Positions 39,322-51,803 of a stretch of DNA of 64,000 nucleotides are shown here, piece after piece. A program made the position numbers and the translations under genes. Source of the stretch: Seison nebaliae (taxonomy: Eukaryota); the NCBI GenBank assembly GCA_023231475.1, contig JALJEE010002582.1:1-64000 (forward strand), written 5' to 3'. The notes beneath the pieces were generated by a model. It did not search any database, was not told the origin of the DNA, and saw nothing but the letters and a program-made list of their open reading frames with translations. How positions within the stretch are numbered: the stretch's first letter is position 1; each line of letters starts with the position of its first letter.

Positions 39322-41024
39322 TTATTGTTGTGCCGATGATCGACCAATATCTAATTGTTGTATTGAAGTAATTTTTAATTTAGGGAAACACGGGAATTTT
39401 GAGATGATCAATTTGACTGATCTCCTAAATTTTGAAGATATGATAATGATAGTGATGGGATTGGAACAACTATTGATGTAAGTCAATAGACGACAACAGG
39501 ATATGAGTAAATTGTAATGGAACGGATAAGCTTGTAATAAGTTTTTGATAAGTTGAGGTGTTAGGACGTGAAGAAAGAAGATAATTCTCATTGGCATAAT
39601 ACAAACGATGAAGATGATGATGATAAATGTGATAATCATGGCGACTTGTTTCCGATTCTTGTATCGTTTTCGTTCGATTTTTTTCGTTGTTCTCGCACTT
39701 AATTTCTGAGTGGATTGTGACGTGATTTTTCTCATAATCGATTTACGTATTGATGAAATCTTTCTGTATTTACCATTCTTGTTCAACTGATGAATTTGCA
39801 CATCGTACACTTTCGAATAATCTACACTTAAACTTCGTCGATTCTTTATATCAGGTCCATTGTCTGGTGTCTGATTACATCGATAGCTATTCTCAGAATT
39901 TCCGTCTCCAGTTCGTTTAGAGACGAATGATCTCATCAACTGACTATTCCTATTGAACGGAGATTTGGAATTATGTTCTGGTAACAACGTAAGATTATTT
40001 TCATTATTCTTATGATTATTTGGAATGGAATCGATTGATGTTTTTGATGGTTTGGGAAAATATTTTGTCGATTTTCTATTGAAACAATTAAATTTATTAC
40101 AAATATTTCTTTTATTTTCAGATAAAATCGTTGTTGTTATTTTTTTGTCGTTTTGATTCGTTTCCATCATATACGCTTGATTAGTATTAATTTTTAACAC
40201 TTTTGAGGATTTATGAGAATAACAATTATTCCGTTGAAGTAATTTCGTTATGACTAACGTATTGAGCACAACCATGACAATGAGAGGAATGAAGAAAAAG
40301 ATGATATTCTCACCTACAATAATTCCATATTTGAACCATGGACGTTCGCTATTCGTTTTACATGTAAATTGTGAATGATTATATGATACTTTCGTATGGC
40401 TCGTTTCAATTGCATAAGGAATAGACAGTACCATACTTAATATCCAAATTAATGTAACAATTCGAATTATACGACGTCCAGTACAGATCAAACTAATCTG
40501 TTTATTGAAGGAATTATTGAAAGAGAAGTTGAAGAATTAATTACAAACTGTCAATGGATGACATATTGCCACGAATCTTTCAATGCAAATGACGAGAATA
40601 GTAAATACAGATGCATGCGCCATCAGTTGTTCCATGACGGTAGAGAAATAGCCTATGAGGATAATATAATTAATATTGATTTGAAAAAGAATCAAAACTA
40701 ACACATAAAAATTCCTAAATTCCAATTATTTTGATTCATCAATGCTCCCGGGACACACACCACAATATAAAATAAATCGGCAACACCCAAATTAGCCAAA
40801 CAATAATAAGTCGAATTCCTTTTATCTTTCTGTGTTCCAATGATGAATATTAAAATTGCATTCCCACCAACTCCAATTACGATGAGAAATATACTGAGAC
40901 AACGAAATACTATTTGGAGATAATATTCTTGTTTGAACATGAACAATAACGCAGCAGTTTCATCCATCGTCATATTCAACTCACTAATTGGATCATCATC
41001 TAAATATATTGACGTCGATTCCAT
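39322..41024 (-). CDS. Rhodopsin-class neuropeptide GPCR, ETH-receptor/TRH-receptor-like, 3 exons (41024-40703, 40652-40549, 40497-39322), about 533 aa
   Basis: GN, STYYCLANLGVADL, WNLGIFMC|YFSTVMEQLMAHASVFTILVICIERFVAICHPL, RKQV, FIVCIMPMRI, CRLLTYINSCSNP, ISSKFR. Introns GTTAGT..TAG and GTTTGT..CAG keep the frame. Confidence 0.88.
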
Positions 41025-44000
41025 TTGATTTTCTTCTCATCAACAAGTGCAATATCTGTAGGAGTAATTTATAATTCTTCTGCAGAAACAATAACAAATT
41101 AAATATTCATATTGAGGACAATCAGAGAATTGGTTAGGGAAACGAAAATGAAAGTAACAAAAAAATTTCTCATTCATCACAGAATGAACCTAATCATTGA
41201 TCGTCAATCAGTAAATCGGTCGTTAAAACTGTTACTACTACTCCTACTGCTACTACATCTAACTGAATAGTTACTATTCCATGAAATATCTTTTTTTTTA
41301 ACGTAAACATGCTTCGACAATTAAAGGGACATGTAGAAGCGAAGTAGAATATGTCTAATATTTTTGATTAATTTGATACAAGAATTGAGGAGAATTAATT
41401 TCTGATAATTGACATTAACACCAAACTAGGTTAAAGAAGCAAAACTAGAAAAGTAGAGTGGTAACATAATTATTATAATAATTAACAACACATTGGGGAT
41501 GTAATTCGTCGAATTACTTTTTTTTTCTCGTAGGCGACAAATGGAAAGTTAAGTGACGCGAAATCTTTTCATTCCTTTTACAGATTTCCTACAAAGTTTA
41601 TTTAAAATAGTTAACAATATTAAACTGAACTTGAAACATTTCCTTTTAAATTTCTTTGAGAATCGGTTTGCACATAATGAAAACAAGATTATTAGTTGGG
41701 AATGATTTGTAAAGGTATTCCGTCTTCGAACTCTTCACATAAAAGGTACTGACAGATGAAGGTAAGAAAAATGAATAAAACATGAGATTTGAGCATGATC
41801 TAATGGTGGTTATGTTCTTCAAAGTCTCATACGATTTTAACTTCAACGAAATTTATCCAATAGTCGAAATAATAGAAGAAACAACTAAATTGCGGATAAT
41901 CTTATAAATCTCCAATTGGGAAAAATTTATCGTTAAAGGTGATGTTCATATTTTCCAAAGTTCTTCGTCCTTATATTCTTTATCAACACAAAATAGATGA
42001 TAATTATTAGATAAATACGTAACCCTAGGAAATACCAAGGAAAATAAGATAATAAGAGAAATAGAGATAAGACTATTGGAAGCTAACCAACAAACATATT
42101 TCGAAGAAGAGGAGACCAAACATAAATGTTTAAGTGGTGAATGTTTTCAGATAAATAGTGCACGCACTCAAATATCGTTCTATCTATTAAAGATTGAACG
42201 AAAATGTAACAGATGTCTTAATAAAAACACATTAACCAACAAACAATTCTGATTATGAAATGAAATTAAGGAATACCTCTATCAAAATTGGTGAGTTTGG
42301 TCTTCTTTAAACATTCTTTAGTTGGATGGCTTCCTAACCATATCATATTCCTTTCAATACTGTGCTAGTCGTATTATTTAAAATGTTCGGTGAAATTGTA
42401 TATAGTTGTCAAAAATTTTACTTATCAACATTTTTTTTCAGGTTATAACTTCATTACATTACTTCATGGCGCATTACATTATACAACAATGTGTCATATC
42501 ACGCAAAATATTAACAAGTCTTTTTATTGGGAGAAGGATTTATGGAATGACAAAATATCATCACTGTGCAATGAGGAATATTAAGTTTATTCATTAAATT
42601 TACATATTTATTCTCTAATACGTATAATATCGAGAATCTGATACACAATAACTGAGACATCAAATAATATCAATTATATAATATGGTAACCGTAAGGGGA
42701 ATGACATTCTTTTCTATTAATTCCCTAACAAGAACCTAACAACCGAACTAACTTTCATTCAATTAATGAAAGACATTTAGTTTTGTCATCTCAATTTCTG
42801 CATTTCTTACAATCATTACATTATTTGGTTAGAAGAGCTCGATGATACGCAATGCGGAATGTTCATCGATTTGAAAATTCTTGTTGATATGTTGGAATGA
42901 ATTGGAAGAAGAATTATCAGATAATACGTAAAAGGAAATAAAGAAAATTTATTAAATTCTTCTTTTCTAATAATTATAATTACTCAATTACATTCAGTTA
43001 TACCATCACATTTATAAGATACTATCGTCGAATATTGTAATTATTATAATTATTGTTTATGAATTCCATGTTATCCTCATTTCTCAGTCGGCAAATAGAA
43101 GAATATTTGTGATTTCCTTTAACATATCAATAATTATGATGCTTGTAACTGAAATTATATTTCTTGGGAGGAGAAAATCGGTGACTGACGACCAGCCTTC
43201 TCGAACAAAGTCATTCCTTTGTATGTGAACTCTTTAAAATGACACAATGTTCGTTAGCAACCGATTGACACAAGAAAACATGATAAAATGTTTCTTTCGA
43301 TATTAAAAAGTTCATATCAAACTAAATGTTGTTATTAAGAGATATCTGGGACAAACAGATCACCTTAAGTGCTTATTAATTTAGTTCTATGATTTCACTA
43401 TTGATATCATTTATAAACTGATATAAAAACTAACAGATTGTAAACATTGTTAACGTAAAATGATCAAACCATCAATTTTTCATTGAAAATTATATTAATT
43501 AAAAACATATATTTGTTGATACGTAGTCCACGAACGATGTCAACATTCAAATCTTAATATCTTAAATTGTTGGAAATGACGTTCTTATTAATTGTTTATC
43601 AGTAGACAAGTTTGTATTAATAGAATAGGCTTCTTAAAAAAGATTTTCACGAGATTTGAAAGATACATTTTAGTACTATTAATATGAATTTGAAGATATA
43701 TCGATTTACTAATTCGCAATATCCTATATCATATCCCACCTACAAAATATTGATTAAATATCAGAAGGTTGAACCCAATATTTCTATATTATAAAACTTG
43801 TAAATGGGTAAGATGACCGTATAGTGAGGGAGTAGATGTGGGTTGAATATTCCATTAATATTCTTCGGGGTTAATGTTGTTTTAACGAAGAAAAATTGAA
43901 CGACTATCTCCACCCAGTCAATATGGACAATTCGTACATACGAAAAAACGGACTCATATGGATGAATTCCAATTTCCATTATTTTCTTATCGTGTCTATT

Positions 44001-47000
44001 TGAAAGTGGAATTGGATGATTTCATTGAAGTCAAATGGACATCAGAATGACGAATATTATAAGAAAAGCAAATGAATATTATGAATAAACTGACAAAATA
44101 AAAAATATTCATCTTCTTCTTGTTTTTAGCTGGTAGTATATAAGAGAATATTGTTTCGTATTTCAAATGCCTAATTTATATTCCTTTTGATATATAATAT
44201 TATTTATTAAGAAAGCAGGAAATACTTGTCGTAAGACACAATATAATTTTTTATTAACTTTCCGCTTTAAGTTCTTCTCCATCTTGCCATAAAGATTTTT
44301 GTTTGAAAGTGTTCCACAATCAAATATTTATGGAGGATAACACAATAATAAATGGAACTTATATCGAGATGTTGGAGAAAGAGGAGGCACTAAAATATGA
44401 TGGTAGAAAATTTAAAAAATAGATTGGAGTCGAATATGGATATATTATTAGGTGATACCCAATAATTGGATGATATCAGGTTCGAAATCATACGAATTAA
44501 AACCAATTTGAACATTATGTAATTCGTTAAAGTATAAAAGATTTATTCCATTTTACATAAAACTATAATTCATATTACTAATTTAAATGATGAGTATTAT
44601 TTACTAAATTGATAGAGACCAGAAATCATTTCAATTGGAAGATTCTAATGGAAATATAATTCCATTCTGATGGAAAGTTATTATTATCCTTCATCTTACA
44701 AGATTCAATGACAATAATATGGAATATAATATGTTTCTTTCGCTTTATAAAGGAAATGATTAAATATTTTCTTCGTATCGTCGTCTAGACCTCTTAATAT
44801 TCTCCCACTTATCTGACTAGTGCACAATAAGAGGGATAATTGGCACTATCCCAAATTTGACGATTCCAAATTATACTTTTAATTCTTCTTCTTGATAATA
44901 GAGACTATGATTCTATGCAGATCCGCCATTCAATTCATTTTATTTATACCTTTAACAGTTTCTTTATTCCCATAAGTCGATCTTTTCGTATAATGATGAC
45001 GTAAAATGAACCAGATATTACAGTGGATAATACAGTGATATTTAAGATTACTGAATCAACCGCTCTTAATATACCAAATATTATCTCATAATTCTTTTTT
45101 TATTAGTACACTATAAAAGACACAATGTATGAAATATTTCTATTTCTCAAAGAGGAAGAGATTAAAGCAATCAATTAAAAGAACGTTTAAAATGCCTGAT
45201 TCCAGATAATTTCCTTATCATAACAAAATGGAAGGTTAGTCCTAATTGAATTATAATAAGAAAGACAATAACCAAAACAATAACTCTAGGGAATACTATC
45301 TACAACTGACCATTGCTCACAGTCTAAATATTTATGAGCAATAACGTTTCCTTATAATTGAGTTAATTCCCCTCAGTTCGATGGAGATGGAGATATACTA
45401 TGAGCATACGCCATTCACAAAAATACGTCAAAGAAACATTTCAAATGAAGCATTCTTCTCCCACCAATGGTGGGCCACCATAACACACATAATAACAGTT
45501 GTTTCATTAATGAGTTGTTAAGTTGTTCATTCGACAATTTATTATCAACATGTGAATGAAATGAATGAAATTTTTAAACAGGATACTTTTCTATTTAAAT
45601 TCATACGAAATAATAAATTTTGAACTGAAAGAAAGAAAGAAGAAATCGAATAAGAGAAATTATGTAAATGACAAGTTTATCGATTACCTAATTAAAATGC
45701 ACCAGTTTTTTTCTGGAATGATATTCTAATAATAAGAATTTATTAATATTTACTTGTATTAGTTACGTTAATATTTCTTCGTACATATTTCATTTCTAAT
45801 GAAATTGAACACGAGTATCGAAACAAATAATTACAATGACAACTACGAAATGAATATTCTATGAATATTCTACGCCCATCCTTTGCCCATAGACTAGACT
45901 TCGGGTGTGTAACATGACTCGAATAACGAAATTTAAAAATTCAAAATGAGCAAACCTGTTTGGATAATAATAGATTAAAATGAAAAGAATTAATGTCACT
46001 CCTCAATCTCCCCAACATAAGAATAGATTTGGAAGAAGACTTATTAGAATTTGTGTTATTGGAACAACAAAGTAGTAATCAGTCTTCAAGGTTCAAAAAT
46101 CAAAGTTTATTTTGAAGAATATTGTGAAGCATTATGTAATTGAAAGGGAATTCCGGAATTTTTTAATTAGATTAATCGGCTATTTTATCCTCCATATTTT
46201 ATCACAACTCTAATTATTGAGATGATTTAATAATTTTTCCCATTCTTAGCATTATGAGATGTTAGTCCAATTCATAAATTTCTGCCTCACAGCATAAAAA
46301 TGTTATATAACTGAAATTTTATTCTATGAATGTTTTTTAACTAGTGCGACGAATCGACATCAATCATTAAAGAAGAACGATGGGAAATCTTTAACATTTT
46401 CCCACATTCGTTTGATTTCCCTTATGCCAACGGGGAATGGTTCGTTCTCCAACTTAAATTTTCCTGCGGGAAACATTTAGGTCATCACAATAATAGTTTA
46501 ATTGTACTCCAAGATAATGAAACTGCTCCTTACATAAATCTCCAATATACATTAAGTGGATATTCAATAAGGAATTGTTAGTCGACTAAAACAATGGTAG
46601 TCAGTACAAGAGAGGAAATTAGTCTAGCTAATCAAACAGAAAAACTTTTTTTGGATATTATGAATAATTGAATGGGAAACAGTATAATTGTGGAAATAAA
46701 CCAACAGCAAAAAAAAGTACACCGAGAATTGAATTAAATTCCATGAGAATGAAAATGAAAATTACTGATTGATTTTACGAGAATATGTGAAGCATATATT
46801 ATAGTGAAGTATAATATATGAGTTAATGTTCTGGTGCACTTTCTAAATCCGATGTGAAGCAAGTAACCGATTGCTAAATTCAGGATTAACTCTTAATAAT
46901 GGAATCTATCTACAACCTTATCCTCCGCTAAATAAGCCGAGTTAGAAATTAGAGAATAAGTAAGCAAAACATCTTGAATATTATGATTGGAATTTAGAAG

Positions 47001-50000
47001 AGGAGAAATGCAGTGCAAATAAACAATGTGCACGGATTCTTTTTTCAAGAAGAAACCCCTAAGAAACCTAGAAAATGTTTTAGTTGGTCTCTATATAAAT
47101 TTCCACTTGGATTCTCTCATTTTAAAGTCACAAAGAACAATAAGGAATTTTTTTCGAGAGAATATTTTTCAAGAATAAAAGAGAATATTAAATTCCACGA
47201 GATTCTTGAAACACAAAGTTTCTCCTGAAAGAAAATTTAGAAGTTTAATAAAATTGTTATTAATTTTATCACTACTAAACTACATCTACCAAAAACTCCG
47301 AGAATTTCTCATAAAGAACAAAAATCTTTTATAGAGTCTCCAAATAATCGATTGTCAGTTGTCTTCGACACTTAAAATCGGATAACTCTAACTAACTACT
47401 AGTAATTATTCTTGTCTCAATATGTTTCAAATTAGACCTGTATTTTCCCACTTGTCAAAAAGATAAGAAAAAATATTTTTCTTGATTCTTTTTTCGGATA
47501 TGATTGATTAGTCTTTCCTATTCGAAAGCTAATCGATAGAGAATGACAATAATATCTTACTGCGTTGCATTTGTGCTTATTAAGGAAAAAAGTTTTATTT
47601 AGTTATGTGAGTTATTTATTATATTTATAATTGTTCATCATAGTCCACTTATTAATTTCGTCAATAAGACAATTTTAGTCTCCTAGTTTTCCCACTCGAT
47701 TCATCTCCACAATTGGAGAGAAGTGAATAATCTAAGAAAGAGGATTGCAAGATTATTAATCTTATTTCTAATAGTTACGAAATAGTTCTATTCACCATTC
47801 CAAAAGAGACCACAATAACACTTATTCAACTTCATAATCAACAGTCACCTACTGTTTCATTCATGATACATAACTTTATCGGTTTTTTTTGAGATAAGAA
47901 AATGAGAATTTCTCTTATAGAAATTGAAGAGAAATGAAATATGATAGAAATTTATCATAATCTCTTATAAGTTAAATATATGCAATTTTGAAAGATACAT
48001 AGATCCCACTTATACTTCTTCCGAAGGCAGCCGAATATGAGAGATAAGACGAAATGGACGAACAAGAAAATAATAATCTCATCTATTTGTTTTCGATGGC
48101 ATTAAGAGAGAAAGAATAAGTGATAATAACATGGAGATTTCCTTTCAATGTATGCAGTGTATACTATGCACCCATAACACAATTCCATTCCATTTCATAT
48201 ACACTAACAAGATAAGAACGAAATAATTGAGAGATTATGGATCGAAATACTACAACTATCATTTTCTCCGTTATATTACGGAATTAAGTGGTCAACTTCT
48301 CCAATTTTCTCCTTCATATATCACAATTATCCAACTTCCGAATATGGCTTCCATGGCAAAATAACAAAAAATTAAGCTAGAGATAACTAGGAGATAAGTT
48401 TGATATCCGATTTCCCTTTCACGTACAATTAACTCGTAAATTCAATTAATGTCAAAAGAAACTGTACTTCCTGTGGTTCTTAATTGAATAGAATTTACGA
48501 AACTTATTACTTACATATTATTACGCTAGACCTATCTGATTGGAAGTGCTATCGCCTGCCGAAAATGATTATATCTGGATGAAACAAAATAAACTTCTAA
48601 GTTTTTTCATAAAGTGCATCTTATTATTATTCCTAAATGTAAATGAATGAAATTAATCATTATATTCTTGACCAAATCTCAATGTGAAAATCCAAATTAA
48701 AATTAAGAATAAACACACATGTTCAAAACAGTCTATTGTTTTTGAGGCATAACTTTTCCCTAACACAAAATAACACAGTGGATATATCATTAAAACTATC
48801 ATTCCACATTCCATAAATTATGTAAAATAATTCTAACGATGGAGAAGTAAACAGTGGAAACCGAAAAATTGGGAACCGAAAGAATAACACTGCTTCACGT
48901 ATCAAGACAAAAACTAAAACATGAATTTTTCTATGTTATAAAATATACATCATAGAATTATAGTTTTCAAGAATTTAGCAACATTATAAAATAGTTTAGA
49001 TTTGCTCATTATATTATTGAACAATTGGGATTGGATTGATAATTAAAAAGTTTGTCGTACTCCATCGAACTCACAAGAACAATAATGAAATAGTTGCAAT
49101 TTTAAAGAAAGTGAAACCCTTGCAATCTAAAAAGTTTTAATTCTTTAGCAAAAGAAAAATTTAACCTTTTAAAATATAATATGTTATAATCCATACAGGA
49201 TCCTGTAAAGTTGTGAAGACAAGTAAAATGACGTTATTGATGTGGGAACGATTTGTCGTTAACACGAACAATAAGAGAAATCGGTAAGACAACTTTATTA
49301 ATTGAAAACATTTGTTTCGGTAAGACAAATCGGTAACATATGTTACCCAAATGATAATAACAATAATAGTATTAGGTTTTCATTATTAAATGGTATCGTT
49401 ATCTCCATATCTATCAATAAATATCTCCACTCCCACATAATAATTACATTGTTAGACAATCATCAATTCCTCATTGGTTGAGAAATATCAAACTTTTCTG
49501 CGTGAACTGTCTTTGAATCAGATGCTCTTGATGGGTTCAGAAAACATACAATAAACTTGTGTTTTGCATCCTCTAATTATAATATGCATTCCTGGTTTAA
49601 ATAAAATTATATGTTAGCTACAAATTACATAATTAGAGAATATTAAATAAATCAAAAATTATGAAAATTAATAATATTTCTGGTTTTTATTATCTTTCAA
49701 AATGGATATATCAATTCTCATAAACATTTTATATATTTATGTGCCAATGTATAACAGATATTTATATAATTATTTGTCATCACAGTTTATAATTAATAGG
49801 GAATTTTTTAATTTCTTTTTGAACGAAAACTATGGTGAGGAAATGTTTGAATTGATTATTTTACTTAATATAAGTTACTCTATATGATTAATTATAAAAC
49901 TTAATAATTTTGAGTATTATCGAATCGATTTTATTTCGTTTTCTTATTTATTAGGAGAAAAGTAAAGGAATAAAATGAATTAGTTGAAAGAGAATTTATG

Positions 50001-50595
50001 TTGAAGCCATGAACCATTGTTTCTGATATGATGAAGGAATCCTTGTCAATTCGGATGGGAAATACTCATTATTAGTTTTCTTTCTCCAATTGAATCCCAA
50101 ATGGAAAACATGAAATTGATAATTTGAAAATAGTCCATTACAATTGACCATAAATAAGCGAAACCTCTTTTATACATTTTTTTCATCAACAGACGCTTTT
50201 TATCAATAATCTCTAATGCAAGATGATATGTATGTGGGTGATAAATGGATAGATTAATAAAGAATTGGTCGATCTTTGGGCGATTTTAAGTATTTAATAA
50301 TTTTAAGTAGATGAGCAAAAAGAAAAAAAAATTTAATATAAGATTTTTAGGCTGAAAAAAGAAATGTGAAGAACGAATTTTTTTAGTTTGTTTTGAATTC
50401 TCCATTAATCGTCAGTGAAATTTCTGGTATTTTCTTTATTGAAACATTTAATGGAAATTATCGCCACTATTCATAATTAGTTGTAAAAATAAAAAATTAT
50501 TGGGAATAAAACAAAAGATAAATTTGTGGACATGTTCATTGTGTGACGTGTAATATTTAAAATTCTTTCGAACACAAATTTATTAATTCGACTGA

Positions 50596-51673
50596 ATGGC
50601 ACTACCTATCAATTTAGAAGAGACTTTGGGGAAATTATTCAACTCTTTCAATCCAACGACATCAATACCAGATGAGTTAAATGATCGAATAGATGCCAAT
50701 CATTTCCTCAAACAATTACAGGAAACAATAAACGTTTTCCAGCAACTTTATGATCGTTACAAGTTTTCACTTTATTTCCTCTGGGAATTATATTATATCT
50801 CTTGTGTGAAGGTGTAATGAGATTAGTGTAGCATTTGATGGAGGAAAAGATGGGAGTGTCGTTTTATTTCTCTATTATTTCATTCAATTCATTCGCACTT
50901 GTAACAAACAACAATCTTTAGTTCTTTTCCGTGTGGTAGCTCCGGATAAGAATGATCATTTTAACGAATTGAATGAATATGTGAATTTGATAGAAGAAAA
51001 GTTTCTTTCTCTTTTTCTCTTTTCTCAAACTAAATTTTCGTTCATTCCCAAGTTATAATTGTCGGATACGAAAATATGAAACGAATTTGAAAAATGCATT
51101 ATATCAATTTCAGGAGGATGAACCCGAAATTAAAGTGGTGTTAATGGGCAATCGACGTAAAGATCCTTATTCATGTTCAATTTATTCACTTTCAAAAAAT
51201 TAAAATTTTTTTAAAAACAGATAATATGAAATACGAAGAATGGACTGATAACAATTGGCCGAGATATTTACGTGTCTTTCCCATTCTCAATTGGACTTAT
51301 CACGAAGTTTGGTATTTTCTACTTCGTATGAATCTTCCTTATTGTTCTTTATATGATCAAGGGTTTGTATTTTTATATTCTTCTATTTATATATTTAACT
51401 TTTATATATCAATTTTTCACTAAAATTTTTTAAAAATTTTTCTTTTCAAATATTTGTTTGAGATTTTTTTTGATTATAAAATCTTTCTAGATATACGTCC
51501 TTGGGACGACGAAGTTGCACGAACAGAAATGAGAAATTATTTATAAAAGATCGATATCTTGCCGCTTATTATCTTGAAGTTTCCATCTTTATATTTCGAT
51601 GAGATTTCAAAAGAAAAATTGATAAAAATTATTTAATCAGAATGAAGACGATGAACGGCATGGTCGTACTTGA
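50596..51673 (+). CDS. FLAD1: FAD synthase (PAPS-reductase-type domain only), 6 exons, about 246 aa
   Basis: Introns 50763-50811, 51001-51052, 51175-51220, 51363-51490 and 51579-51640 give ISVAFDGGKDG, LMGNRRKDPYS, TDNNWPRYLRVFPILNWTYHEVW, PYCSLYDQGYTSLG and EDDERHGR. Confidence 0.9.
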
Positions 51674-51803
51674 TATAAAACATTACTTAATAATAAAAAT
51701 TATATATTAATTTTATGTTGAAGGAAAATGAGTAAATTTAATGATTGTTTAGTTCAAACTTTTAGTTTGTTGATGAAAATATTTCTCGACAACTTATCAT
51801 CGT

